From the NCBI GenBank assembly GCA_946628005.1, contig CAMOWA010000001.1:36140-100139 (forward strand): 64,000 nucleotides of DNA. Reading direction: 5' to 3'. Below, piece by piece: positions 40,583 to 50,342 of this stretch. This DNA is from an uncultured Bacillales bacterium (GTDB taxonomy: Bacteria; Bacillota_I; Bacilli_A; RF39; UBA660). The translations under genes were made by a program, and so were the position numbers. The notes under the pieces were generated by a model. It had not been told where the DNA came from. It made no database searches and worked only from the letters and a program-made list of their open reading frames with translations. Positions within the stretch are counted from its first letter, which is position 1; each line of letters starts with the position of its first letter.

Positions 40583-41548
40583 CTATTTTGTTAAAGCTTC
40601 TATTATTTCTGCTTTTTTCATAGAAGAATATCCTTTTATCCCAGCTTCTTTTGCTTTTGCTTTTAAATCTGCTAAACTTAATTCTTCTAAGTTTGAGTCA
40701 GTTGGCTCTGCTTTTTCTTCTTTAACTTCTTCAACTTCTTTTTTTTCACTTACTTCAGAAACTTTTTTGTTTTCTTTATTTTCTACTTTTTCATTACGAC
40801 GATTTTCTTTTTCTTCTCTCTTTTCAGATTTATTACGATCTTCTTCAGTTACAAAGTCAATAACTTCGTTTCCGTTTACTTCAGCGATTGCATTTGTAAG
40901 TACCCCAATAAGTAATTTTACTGAACGTACAGCATCATCATTTCCTGGAATTACATAATCTACCATATCTGGATCACAATTTGTATCTACAATTCCAAAT
41001 ACAGGTATTCCTAAAATACGAGCTTCTTTAATTGCAATTTCTTCTTTACGTGGATCTACAATTACTAATGCTTGAGGCATTTTTTTCATTTCACGAATTC
41101 CACGTAAATTTTTATTTAGTTTTTCATATTCTTTTCTTAGTCCAATTACTTCTTTTTTTGGTAAGGCATCAAATGTTCCATCTGATTCCATTGATTCGAT
41201 TTCTTCCATTCTTCTAATTCTAGAACGAATTGTTTTGAAGTTTGTTAATGTTCCACCTAGCCATCTTTCATTTACAAAATACATGTTTGTACGATTTGCA
41301 GATTCTTCAGCAGCTTCTTGAGCTTGTTTTTTTGTACCTACAAATAATACTTTTCCTTCTTTTTGAGCAATTTCTTTCATTGCTTCATAAGCTTCTTCTA
41401 GTTTTTTTACTGTTTTTTGTAAATCGATGATGTAAATGTCATCACGAGTTGTAAAGATATATTCCTTCATTTTAGGATTCCATCTTCTTTTTTGGTGTCC
41501 AAATTGTACACCTGCTTCTAATAAATAATTCATTGATACAACAGTCAT
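40583..41548 (-). CDS. rpsB: 30S ribosomal protein S2 with a C-terminal Rho-N-like extension
   Basis: [25 protein letters not shown]; tail [33 protein letters not shown]. Confidence 0.97.
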   Translation of the reverse strand: MTVVSMNYLLEAGVQFGHQKRRWNPKMKEYIFTTRDDIYIIDLQKTVKKLEEAYEAMKEIAQKEGKVLFVGTKKQAQEAAEESANRTNMYFVNERWLGGTLTNFKTIRSRIRRMEEIESMESDGTFDALPKKEVIGLRKEYEKLNKNLRGIREMKKMPQALVIVDPRKEEIAIKEARILGIPVFGIVDTNCDPDMVDYVIPGNDDAVRSVKLLIGVLTNAIAEVNGNEVIDFVTEEDRNKSEKREEKENRRNEKVENKENKKVSEVSEKKEVEEVKEEKAEPTDSNLEELSLADLKAKAKEAGIKGYSSMKKAEIIEALTK

Positions 41549-41578
41549 TTTATTTTCTCCTTTTTCGTTAATTTCTTC

Positions 41579-41634
41579 TATTAGTTTCTAAACTTTATCA
41601 CCTTATAGGCACTAGACAAAGTAATCCACTAATA
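41579..41634 (-). promoter_or_regulatory. Putative rpsB (S2) leader RNA
   Basis: Nested stems UAUUAGU/ACUAAUA and CUUUGUC/GAUAAAG upstream of rpsB. Confidence 0.55.
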
Positions 41635-41640
41635 TGTTTT

Positions 41641-42243
41641 TTATTTATTTAATGCTTCTATTATTTCAGCTTTCTTCATTCCAGTTACATCTATTTTTTT
41701 CTTTTTAGCTATTTCTTTTAATTCTGCAACTGTCATTTTTGAATAATCAGTAGTTTCTTTTTCTTCTTTTTCTTCTTTTTTTGTCTCTTTCTTAGTTTCT
41801 TTTACAGTCTTAGTTACTTTTTTAGGTTCTTTACTTACACCTACTGTAACTTCCTCATTTACTTCTTTTGTCTCTGGTTTAATTTTTCCTGTCTTTCCAT
41901 CTTTAGCGATTTTTACTAATTCTGAAAATGCCTTAGGATCATTTATTGCTATTTCAGATAACATTTTACGATTGATTTCAACTCCAGCTTTTGTTAAACC
42001 TTCAATAAATCTTGAATATGAAATATCATTTTGTCTACATGCTGCATTAATTCTAGTAATCCATAATTTTCTAAAATCTCTTTTCTTTTGTTTTCTATCA
42101 CGAAAAGCATATTGTCCTGAATGCATAAGTTGCTCTTTGGCAGTTTTATATAATCTATGTTTACTTCCAAAGTATCCTTTAGCTTGTTTTAAAACTTTTT
42201 TATGACGAGCTTTTGTAACTGCTCCATTTTTTACTCTTGCCAT
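41641..42243 (-). CDS. rplT: 50S ribosomal protein L20 with a C-terminal Rho-N-like extension
   Basis: MARVK...AKGYFG...[11 protein letters not shown]; tail [33 protein letters not shown]. Confidence 0.97.
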   Translation of the reverse strand: MARVKNGAVTKARHKKVLKQAKGYFGSKHRLYKTAKEQLMHSGQYAFRDRKQKKRDFRKLWITRINAACRQNDISYSRFIEGLTKAGVEINRKMLSEIAINDPKAFSELVKIAKDGKTGKIKPETKEVNEEVTVGVSKEPKKVTKTVKETKKETKKEEKEEKETTDYSKMTVAELKEIAKKKKIDVTGMKKAEIIEALNK

Positions 42244-42268
42244 TTTATTTGTCCTCCTTCTATTATGA

Positions 42269-42454
42269 TTAGATTATGTTCTTTAATCTATTTTGATCTG
42301 CCTTGCTTAGGTTAGATCCCTTTCTGCATCCTCTATTAAAGCTTGCACTTTTAGAACCAGTGTTATGTCTACTTCCTGGTTTTCCAATAACATAATCATT
42401 TTTACGTTTTTTTACTGTTTTTGCTGTTCCTTTATGTGTTTTTAATTTTGGCAT
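42269..42454 (-). CDS. rpmI: 50S ribosomal protein L35 (divergent)
   Basis: MPKLKTHKG; lies between infC and rplT. Confidence 0.88.
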   Translation of the reverse strand: MPKLKTHKGTAKTVKKRKNDYVIGKPGSRHNTGSKSASFNRGCRKGSNLSKADQNRLKNII

Positions 42455-42471
42455 ATTTATTTCCTCCTATA

Positions 42472-43005
42472 TTAATTTTTGTCTTTTTTTGGAATTAATA
42501 ACATAGTCATCACTCTTCCATCCAATTTAGGATTTTGTTCTATATCTGCATATTCTACTACTCTATCGGCAAAACGTTCTAGAACTTCTTTACCTAACTC
42601 AGTATGAGCCATCTGACGTCCTTTGAATCGAATTGTTAGTTTAATTCTATCTCCTTTTTGAAGATACTTTGTTGCATTTCTTAACTTCGTCTCAAAGTCT
42701 CCTACATCAATAACAGGTGATAAACGATACTCTTTTAACTCTGAAGTATTTGCCTTTTGTTTTTTTAAGGCTTCCTTTGCTTTTTTTTGCTTTTCATAAC
42801 GGAATTTATTATAATCCATTACTTTACAAACTGGTGGATTAGCATTTGGACTAATTAATACTAAATCTAGTGCTGCATAAGTTGCTAAAGTTCTTGCATC
42901 TTGAATTGTTTTTACTCCAACTTGTTCACCATTTGGACCAATTACCAATACTTCAGGTACTTTTATTTGGTCATTAATCAACATGTTATTATTATTCTTT
43001 GCGAT
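42472..43005 (-). CDS. infC: Translation initiation factor IF-3 (ATC start)
   Basis: PPVCKVMDY, RFKGRQ; SD GGAGGTG followed after 6 nt by an in-frame ATC. Confidence 0.93.
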   Translation of the reverse strand: MAKNNNNMLINDQIKVPEVLVIGPNGEQVGVKTIQDARTLATYAALDLVLISPNANPPVCKVMDYNKFRYEKQKKAKEALKKQKANTSELKEYRLSPVIDVGDFETKLRNATKYLQKGDRIKLTIRFKGRQMAHTELGKEVLERFADRVVEYADIEQNPKLDGRVMTMLLIPKKDKN

Positions 43006-43024
43006 ACCTAACACCTCCATATAA

Positions 43025-43140
43025 TAAGAAAAGCAGATATAAACATTTATATCCACCAAAAACCTAAATAAATATATTTTATTCATTATTATCGGCTCTT
43101 TACCTATCACTTTTCGCAATCAGGTGGATATAAATCTCTT
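43025..43140 (-). promoter_or_regulatory. L20 leader attenuator
   Basis: AUUUAUAUCCACC(UGAUUG) can pair with GGUGGAUAUAAAU, which also forms a terminator with UUUAUAUCUGC plus U; promoter TTGACA-17-TAAAAT at 43164-43192. Confidence 0.8.
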
Positions 43141-43280
43141 TCCTTTTTTCTTTGACTAGTAATATTTTATGCATTTAATATAGATTTGTCAACTATTTTT
43201 TATATATTTTAATAACTATTATAAAAATTCTTATTAAAAATCTAGAGACTTTTTTTCATTTTTATTGTAAACTTAATTAG

Positions 43281-43814
43281 GTGAATAAAATGGAGAAAAG
43301 AAAAACAAAAAAAGAAATTGTTCAAATGTTATTAAAAAATAATACGTTAGAGGCACAAGATGAAGAAGAATTATTAGATTTATTAGTTGATCAACCTATT
43401 AGTATTGATGTTGACAAACAAGAGGAAGCTAAAATGACCCGTGGGGACAGAATAGCTGATAAAGTCAGTGAAATTGCTGGTTCTTGGGGCTTTATCTTAG
43501 GGTTCTCATTATTTTTATTATTTTGGGTTATATTAAATGCTGTTATTTTATCAAATGGAAAAGAACTTGATCCATATCCTTTCATTTTATTAAATCTTCT
43601 TTTATCTTGTATAGCTGCATTACAAGCTCCAATCATTATGATGAGTCAAAATAGACAAGCTGCTAAAGATAGTCTAAGAAACCAAAATGATTATCGAACT
43701 GATTTAAAGAGTGAATTAATATTAGAATCTTTGCATGATAAAATGGAACTAGTTTTAAAAAATCAAAAGAAAATATTAAAATATTTTGAACAAGACTCTA
43801 ATGAAAAAGAGTAA
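43281..43814 (+). CDS. DUF1003 membrane protein
   Basis: GSWGFI, DPYPFILLNL, QAPIIMMSQNRQ. Confidence 0.9.
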   Translation: MNKMEKRKTKKEIVQMLLKNNTLEAQDEEELLDLLVDQPISIDVDKQEEAKMTRGDRIADKVSEIAGSWGFILGFSLFLLFWVILNAVILSNGKELDPYPFILLNLLLSCIAALQAPIIMMSQNRQAAKDSLRNQNDYRTDLKSELILESLHDKMELVLKNQKKILKYFEQDSNEKE

Positions 43815-43854
43815 TTTTTTATCATTAATAACATTTGTTGATTTGAAGAGTAAT

Positions 43855-44499
43855 TCATTTGTGAATGATTTTACTCTTCTTTTTTATTACCTTATTACAT
43901 AATTCATGGAATTTTGTTGCGAAGTATTCAAAACTCTCTATTTCATCTTCATCATAACCATTAAAAAGATTATATATAGGGGCTATCATACTTGAAGATA
44001 AAGAAATAATCGTTTGATTAAATATTAATTCGTTTCTACTATTTTTCTTTAAGTCTAACTGTTTACAGTAATAATTATTCGAATTCTCTCTGTCACTAAA
44101 AAGTGAAAATATCGTATGGTAAACTAGTTTTACTAGAAAATCTAAATATTCTTCTCCTTCCATATCGCCAAAAATTTCATCAAATTCTTTTTTACTTAGC
44201 AATTTTCCCTTTCTTTCTCTTTTTGTCTGTTCAATAAGTAATTTAAGGGCAACATTTTCCGTAATATGTACTTCTTTTAGGTTGTTATTGATTGCCTCTT
44301 CTCTTAATTGTTCCAAATCTACATGATAATCTAATAAGCTACTAGCAAATCTTAGCATTGATTCTTCTGGATTTGAAAAAAAGCATGCTAAAGATCTACC
44401 GCCTGCATCTTCACTTTTATAAAATTTTTGAATAATATTGTAATTTTTTAATATTTTTCTATTATATTCTATTCTATCATATTTCATATTTTCCTCCAC
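43855..44499 (-). CDS. Hypothetical protein
   Basis: 214 aa ORF. Confidence 0.6.
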   Translation of the reverse strand: MEENMKYDRIEYNRKILKNYNIIQKFYKSEDAGGRSLACFFSNPEESMLRFASSLLDYHVDLEQLREEAINNNLKEVHITENVALKLLIEQTKRERKGKLLSKKEFDEIFGDMEGEEYLDFLVKLVYHTIFSLFSDRENSNNYYCKQLDLKKNSRNELIFNQTIISLSSSMIAPIYNLFNGYDEDEIESFEYFATKFHELCNKVIKKKSKIIHK

Positions 44500-44586
44500 A
44501 GTTGCTTTATAGTATAATGCTTTTTTTATTATTATTCAAGAATTAATAATACAATTCAAATTATCATAAAAAAAGATAATCTATTG

Positions 44587-44952
44587 TTATTCAAGATTAT
44601 CTAATACGCTTTCCGTTACAGCACGAGCCTTTTTTTGCATATCACTTGCCATCTTTTTTAATTTCGGTTTTTTATCTTTAATTGCTGAATCTACTAAACT
44701 ATTAGCTTGTTCTAAGATGTTTTCAGCTTTTTCTTTGGCTTTATTAATATTTTTTTCTTTGTCTAAGTCATTTATATCTTGTTCTAATTCTTTAATTGTT
44801 TTATTAAACTCTTTATCAACTCCTTCTATTATTTTCATCATATCTTCTCTCATTTCTTTTCCACATTTTGGAGAAATCATCATTCCAATTATACTTCCTA
44901 AAATTGTTCCACATAGAAACCATTCACAATCTTTTTTACATATATTCATCAT
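44587..44952 (-). CDS. YtxH domain protein
   Basis: FL.G.ILG..IGMMISPKCGKEMR plus coiled coil. Confidence 0.8.
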   Translation of the reverse strand: MMNICKKDCEWFLCGTILGSIIGMMISPKCGKEMREDMMKIIEGVDKEFNKTIKELEQDINDLDKEKNINKAKEKAENILEQANSLVDSAIKDKKPKLKKMASDMQKKARAVTESVLDNLE

Positions 44953-45024
44953 AATATCATCCTTTCTTTTTCTTTATTATTATTCCCATTTTTTTTACAA
45001 TTAAACAAAAAAAAATAGGAAAAC

Positions 45025-45711
45025 CTATTTTTTACATTTTTCAATAAAGAAATCTATAATTTTTCTTGAATTATCATCAAAATCATAACTAATCTCAGGA
45101 TGCCATTGTATTCCCATAATAAACTTTTTATTTGGTACTTCTATCGATTCAATAATACTATCCAAAGCCTTTGAACTTACTTTTAGATTGGTATTTTCTA
45201 TTGCATGATAATTATGAAAACTATTTACCATGATTTCATCTTTTTGTAATATTTTATATAGCATTGAATCTTTTTCTATTTTTACTTTATGGGTAAGAAT
45301 ATCATATTTTTCTTGACAATGATTAATAATACTATCATTTTTTTCTACATAAAAATCTTTTTTATAGGAACTGATTAATTGCATTCCTAAACATATTCCA
45401 AGAGTTGGAATATCTTTTTCAATACATTTATCTCTTAAATATTCATCGCATTTTGAAATTTTGTACCCACCTGGAAATAATACACCATCTACTATTTCTA
45501 AGTATTTATCTAATTCTTTCTTTTCTTTTTCTGTTAAATCATTATATTCTCTATATTTTGTTTCACTATAAAAAATATCTTGGTTAGCAACAATTGGAAT
45601 GATCATTCCTCCTGCTTTTTGAATGGTTCTTCTTAATCTTTCTTCTAAATATTGTATATTTCTTCCATCTGATAATGATGCATATCTTAATGGTATTCCA
45701 ATTTTAACCAT
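45025..45711 (-). CDS. Peptidase C26 / class I glutamine amidotransferase-like hydrolase
   Basis: FPGG, LGICLGMQ, VNSFH, GIQWHPE. Confidence 0.9.
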   Translation of the reverse strand: MVKIGIPLRYASLSDGRNIQYLEERLRRTIQKAGGMIIPIVANQDIFYSETKYREYNDLTEKEKKELDKYLEIVDGVLFPGGYKISKCDEYLRDKCIEKDIPTLGICLGMQLISSYKKDFYVEKNDSIINHCQEKYDILTHKVKIEKDSMLYKILQKDEIMVNSFHNYHAIENTNLKVSSKALDSIIESIEVPNKKFIMGIQWHPEISYDFDDNSRKIIDFFIEKCKK

Positions 45712-45725
45712 TTTTTTCCTTCTTT

Positions 45726-46259
45726 CTATTCTAGTACTTCTATTTCTATTTTTTTACTTTTATTATCTTTTCGGTTGCTTTTTTCTTCTTTTTTATTAAT
45801 TGCTTTTTCTTCTACCTCATTTTTTATATTATTTTCTTCTTCCTTTAAATTTTTAATATAAACATAGTTTTCCTCATCATCACATATCATAAATGTACAT
45901 TTATCATTTTCTTTTTTATAAAAAATTGTATTGTTATTTTTTCCTTGTATATCGACTAAATCCTCCATTTTTTTAAAATTAATGGTAATTTTATTATCAG
46001 TTGTTGGAAGATTTTTTGTTTTCTTAAGAATCTGTTTATATTTATTTAATATCTCATCTAATTCTATATAATAATCATTTATAGGATTTCCAGCTTTTTT
46101 TATAAAAACTATTCCAATTATAAAAATTATTACTGAAAACAGAAAGAGTGTAAAAGAATATTCTACATATCCACATGATAAAACATAAAAACTTAAAATT
46201 ATTAATATCGTAGAACATACAATTATTGTCCATCCAATTTTATCCTTCATACTACTCAC
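45726..46259 (-). CDS. Two-TM membrane protein, C-terminus resembling 15265-16515
   Basis: ILNKYKQIL...MEDLVDIQ...IFY. Confidence 0.55.
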   Translation of the reverse strand: MSSMKDKIGWTIIVCSTILIILSFYVLSCGYVEYSFTLFLFSVIIFIIGIVFIKKAGNPINDYYIELDEILNKYKQILKKTKNLPTTDNKITINFKKMEDLVDIQGKNNNTIFYKKENDKCTFMICDDEENYVYIKNLKEEENNIKNEVEEKAINKKEEKSNRKDNKSKKIEIEVLE

Positions 46260-46312
46260 CTTGTTATCATTATAATTAAAATTTTGAAGTTTTTCAATAG
46301 AAAAAAAGAATT

Positions 46313-47683
46313 CTAAAATTGAATTCTTTCCGTAATATATGGAACGATTTCCTCTACTTTTAATGTTATTTGTTCCATTGTATCTCTATCTCTAATTGTG
46401 ACTGTTCCATTTTTTATTGTTTCATCGTCTACTGTAATAGCCCATGGGGTTCCTATTGCGTCACTTCTTCTATATCTTTTACCAATTGATCCAGTCTCAT
46501 CATATGTTGTCATAAAATGCTTTGATAATTCATTGTATAGTTCTATTGCTTTTTCACTATGATATTTTTTTGCTAAAGGTAATACACAAACTTTATATGG
46601 CGCTAAGTATGGAATAAATTTCATTACTTCCCTTGTATCTCCATTTTCTAGTTCTTCAACACAATAACTATTATCAAGAATAGCTAAAACTGTTCTGTCA
46701 CATCCAACTGTTGATTCAATAATGTATGGAATATATTTTTCATTAGTTTCAGGATCTAGATATTCTTGTGATACAGAAGAATACTCTTGGTGACGAGATA
46801 GGTCATAATCTGTTCTATTATGTGTTCCATTTATCTCTCCCCATCCAAAATTAAAATTGTATTCAATATCACATGCTTCTTTTGCATAATGAGCTAATTT
46901 TTCATGATCATGATATCTTAGTTTTTCTTCTGGTAGTCCTAAATCCATAAAATATTTTTTAGCATATTCTTTAAAATAAGCATATAAATCGCTATCTGTT
47001 CCTTCTTTACAGAAAGTTTGATATTCCATTTGCTCAAACTCTATCGTTCTAAATGTAAAGTTTCCTGGAGTTATTTCATTTCTAAATGCTTTACCAATCT
47101 GACCTATACTGAAAGGTAGTTTTGTCCTCATTGTTCTTTGAACATTTAAGAAGTTAACATACTCTCCTTGGGCATTTTCTGGTCTTAAATAAACCTTGTT
47201 TTTTCCATCTTCTACCACACCCCTGTGAGTTTCAAACATTAAGTTAAATTGTCTTATATCAGTAAAATCACTTTTTCCACATCTTGGGCAAGGTACTTTA
47301 TTCTCTCTTATATAATTCATCATCTCTTCCTGGCTCATACCATCCGCATGAGCTTCTGGATTATAATCATCAATTAAATTATCTACTCTGTGTCTTGCCT
47401 TACAATGTTTACAATCTATTAATGGATCAGAGAATGAGCCTACATGTCCTGATGCTTCCCAAACTCTTGGATGCATTAAAATAGCAGCATCTACTTCATA
47501 GGCATTTGGTCTTTCTTGTATAAATCTTTTTCTCCAAGTATCTTTAACGGCATTTTTTATTCTACTTCCTAGTGGTCCATAATCCCATGTATTAGCAAGA
47601 CCTCCATATATTTCACTTCCCTGAAATATAAATCCATATTGTTTACAATAATTTACTAATTTTTCCATTGTTAATTTTTCCAT
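46313..47683 (-). CDS. glyQS: Glycyl-tRNA synthetase (homodimeric type)
   Basis: SEIYGG..WDYGPLG, YLRPE, FRNEITP..F.FR..EFEQME, SIGKRYRR. Confidence 0.97.
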   Translation of the reverse strand: MEKLTMEKLVNYCKQYGFIFQGSEIYGGLANTWDYGPLGSRIKNAVKDTWRKRFIQERPNAYEVDAAILMHPRVWEASGHVGSFSDPLIDCKHCKARHRVDNLIDDYNPEAHADGMSQEEMMNYIRENKVPCPRCGKSDFTDIRQFNLMFETHRGVVEDGKNKVYLRPENAQGEYVNFLNVQRTMRTKLPFSIGQIGKAFRNEITPGNFTFRTIEFEQMEYQTFCKEGTDSDLYAYFKEYAKKYFMDLGLPEEKLRYHDHEKLAHYAKEACDIEYNFNFGWGEINGTHNRTDYDLSRHQEYSSVSQEYLDPETNEKYIPYIIESTVGCDRTVLAILDNSYCVEELENGDTREVMKFIPYLAPYKVCVLPLAKKYHSEKAIELYNELSKHFMTTYDETGSIGKRYRRSDAIGTPWAITVDDETIKNGTVTIRDRDTMEQITLKVEEIVPYITERIQF

Positions 47684-47686
47684 AAT

Positions 47687-48223
47687 TTATCTCCTTTTTA
47701 TATATGATACTATTTCTTCTTTATTTTCTATGATATTAATATAGTCAAAAATATCTTCTGTATTAAATTTTTTTTCAATTGCATTTTTTATAAATTGAAT
47801 TATTTCTTTATAATAATTATTTTTATTATAAAGAATTAATTTTTTTTCTGTTTTTATGGTTCTCATTTCTTCTAGAAATGAAAATATTTCAGCTATCGTC
47901 CCTGTCCCTCCAGGCATTAATAATAGAATATCACTTTCATTATATATTTTTTTTGTTCTTTCATATGTAGAATCGCAGTAATGAAAGTTTATATTAGGAA
48001 AATCGTTTGGGTTTTCATTATAGATTTTTAAAGTATATAAATCTATCTTTCTATTATTATCTGTAAATTCTTTAATAATTCTTCCTGACATTCCTTCTTT
48101 CATTGCCACACCTATTATCAAATCACTATTATTAGATGCTAATTCCTTGGCTAAAAATGAAGCATCTTCAAAATATTCTTTTTCTATGTCAGTATGAGAT
48201 GATACTGAAAAAAATATATTCAT
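47687..48223 (-). CDS. LOG family protein
   Basis: ERTK...MPGGTGTIAE. Confidence 0.85.
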   Translation of the reverse strand: MNIFFSVSSHTDIEKEYFEDASFLAKELASNNSDLIIGVAMKEGMSGRIIKEFTDNNRKIDLYTLKIYNENPNDFPNINFHYCDSTYERTKKIYNESDILLLMPGGTGTIAEIFSFLEEMRTIKTEKKLILYNKNNYYKEIIQFIKNAIEKKFNTEDIFDYINIIENKEEIVSYIKRR

Positions 48224-48236
48224 TTTTCCCTCCTAT

Positions 48237-48361
48237 AAAACAAAAACTTCTAGAATATGTAAGGACGAAATATATTATTCCGCGGTTCCACCTTACTTAT
48301 TCTAGAAGAATCAGCTCTTTGTATACTGCTCTTGGCTTTCCACACCCATCATCGCACTTAT
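48237..48361 (-). promoter_or_regulatory. Miniature T-box riboswitch (Gly)
   Basis: AAGGUGGAACCGCG...CGUCCUU; K-turn UGCGAUGA...GAGCA enclosing only 17 nt; promoter TTGACT-17-TATATT at 48368-48396. Confidence 0.82.
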
Positions 48362-48407
48362 GGTTTTAATATATCTTTTAAAGAAAAAAAAGTCAATATA
48401 AAATTCA

Positions 48408-48521
48408 TTATATTGATATTTTTTTTAAATATTTAGCTTCAATCTTTGTATTTGAATTTTTTATAACTCTGCTTTTATTTTTTTTGGAAAAAGCCCAAAG
48501 TAACTCCATGATATTCTTCAT
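48408..48521 (-). CDS. Small 37 aa ORF with its own promoter and terminator (possible ABC-gene remnant)
   Basis: TTGCAT-17-TATAAT (48569-48597), GGGGG SD, MKNIMELLWAFSKKNKSRVI...; terminator at 48384-48417. Confidence 0.35.
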   Translation of the reverse strand: MKNIMELLWAFSKKNKSRVIKNSNTKIEAKYLKKISI

Positions 48522-48602
48522 TCTAACCATCCCCCATTTTTTATATGTATCTTCATCAATGTGTATTAATTATACCATATTTTTTAATATTATGCAATCT
48601 TT

Positions 48603-50333
48603 TTATTGCTTTTCTATTTCCATATCATATAATTCTTTATATTTTTGGCAATTGTTTAGTAAATCATCATGTTTTCCTTCTGCACATATTTTACCATCAT
48701 CTAAAAATAAAATTCTATCACAATTAACAATTGTACTTAAACGGTGGGCTATTATTAAAATAGTAAAATCATTTTGCATATTTTCTATTGCTTTTTGTAT
48801 TTTTAGTTGAGTAACATTATCAAGTGAACTTGTTGCTTCATCAAACAATATAATTTCTGTTTTTTGGATTAAGGCTCTCGCAATAGCAAGTCTTTGTCTT
48901 TCTCCACCGCTTAAATTTATTCCACCCTCTCCTACAATAGTATCATACTTATTTGGTAAACTATTGATAAAGTCATCTAAACAAGCTTTTTTACATGCAT
49001 CAATCATTTCTTCTTCAGTTAAATCTTCTTTAACAATTTTTAAATTATCTTTTATACTTAAATTAAATATATAAGGATTTTGTGAAATAATTGTGATATT
49101 GTCTCGAATGGACTCTCTATCTAATTCTTTAATATCTATTCCGTCAATTAATATTTCACCATTATCAGATTCATATAATTTGCAAAGTAAATTAAAAATT
49201 GTACTTTTTCCAGAGCCGCTTTTTCCTACAAAAGCAACCATAGATTTTTCTTTTACTTTAAAACTTATATCTTTTAATACTTCATATCCAGATATATAAC
49301 TGAAAGATACTTTTTTAAATTCAAAATTTCCTTTTACTTTATTAATATGTTTTTGGCCAAATTTTTCTTTTGGATATTTATCTGAGTTTATTATTTCAAA
49401 TATACGATTACATGATAAATTAAAATCTTTTATACCATCTACTAAATTACTAAAACTTTTAACTATATAACTAATTCTTCCTACATAATTATGTATAACT
49501 AAGGCATATGCAATTGTTATTTCACCTTTTGATATAAAATATAACAATAAAGTAATGATTGCTAATGTTTGAAAATCTTTTAATGTATTTATTGAAACTC
49601 TGAACTTTCTTTGAATATTATACATATTATATCTTTTTTCATTTAAGTGTGTTATTTTTTTTTCTGTTTCTTTTAAAAAACTCTTTTCTGCACTGAGCAT
49701 TTTGATATCTTTTGTTCCTCTAACTAGTTCTCCTATAAATCCTGTTACTAAATCATTATCTTTTCGAATTATCTTCTCATTGTTAATTCTATTTTGAATT
49801 CGTTTTCTTTCTAAAATTCCAATTATAAATACAAGTATAAATATAAATATAAATACTCTATAATCTATAATTATTATAGCAATAAAAATACCTATATCTG
49901 TAATAATAGATGTTGCTTCTAAACTTATTATGTTAAAGATATCCGCAATTTTTGTAGAATCACCAGTTATTCTCTGAATAAACAATCCTGATGATGCTTT
50001 ATCTATACATGAATTTGTTAATTTTAGAATTGTTTTTCCTAAATCCATTTGCAGTTTTTTTAATATTTCTTTGTAACTATATTGGATAAAATATTCTGAA
50101 TAGAAATCTATAATATTTCTTGTTGTTTGAATTAGAAATAAAGTTATTGCTAAAAATAGTACTTGTTTTAGTTCATTTGAAGTTAATCTAACAATTATTT
50201 TTGCACTGAGAATTGGTAAAACTATACTAATTATTATTTGCATAAAGTCAAATATAATAAACATAATAATTTTACTTTTTACATTATTTGCATATCGCCA
50301 TGCAAACTTTAAATTTTTTCTTAAATCTTTCAT
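48603..50333 (-). CDS. ABC exporter (fused TMD-NBD)
   Basis: GKSGSGKS, LSGGERQR, LFDEATS, AHRLS. Confidence 0.93.
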   Translation of the reverse strand: MKDLRKNLKFAWRYANNVKSKIIMFIIFDFMQIIISIVLPILSAKIIVRLTSNELKQVLFLAITLFLIQTTRNIIDFYSEYFIQYSYKEILKKLQMDLGKTILKLTNSCIDKASSGLFIQRITGDSTKIADIFNIISLEATSIITDIGIFIAIIIIDYRVFIFIFILVFIIGILERKRIQNRINNEKIIRKDNDLVTGFIGELVRGTKDIKMLSAEKSFLKETEKKITHLNEKRYNMYNIQRKFRVSINTLKDFQTLAIITLLLYFISKGEITIAYALVIHNYVGRISYIVKSFSNLVDGIKDFNLSCNRIFEIINSDKYPKEKFGQKHINKVKGNFEFKKVSFSYISGYEVLKDISFKVKEKSMVAFVGKSGSGKSTIFNLLCKLYESDNGEILIDGIDIKELDRESIRDNITIISQNPYIFNLSIKDNLKIVKEDLTEEEMIDACKKACLDDFINSLPNKYDTIVGEGGINLSGGERQRLAIARALIQKTEIILFDEATSSLDNVTQLKIQKAIENMQNDFTILIIAHRLSTIVNCDRILFLDDGKICAEGKHDDLLNNCQKYKELYDMEIEKQ

Positions 50334-50342
50334 TTAAACCTC

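Noticed and set aside
43006-43119. 38-aa N-terminal extension of IF-3 in the ORF track
   Set aside because: It overlaps the L20 leader; the SD position points to the ATC at 43005.
48224-48272. Translational (SD-sequestering) mode for the Gly T-box
   Set aside because: UUUCGUCCU can pair only weakly with AGGAGGGAAA, far less than the 11-bp basal helix; disfavoured but not excluded without folding calculations.
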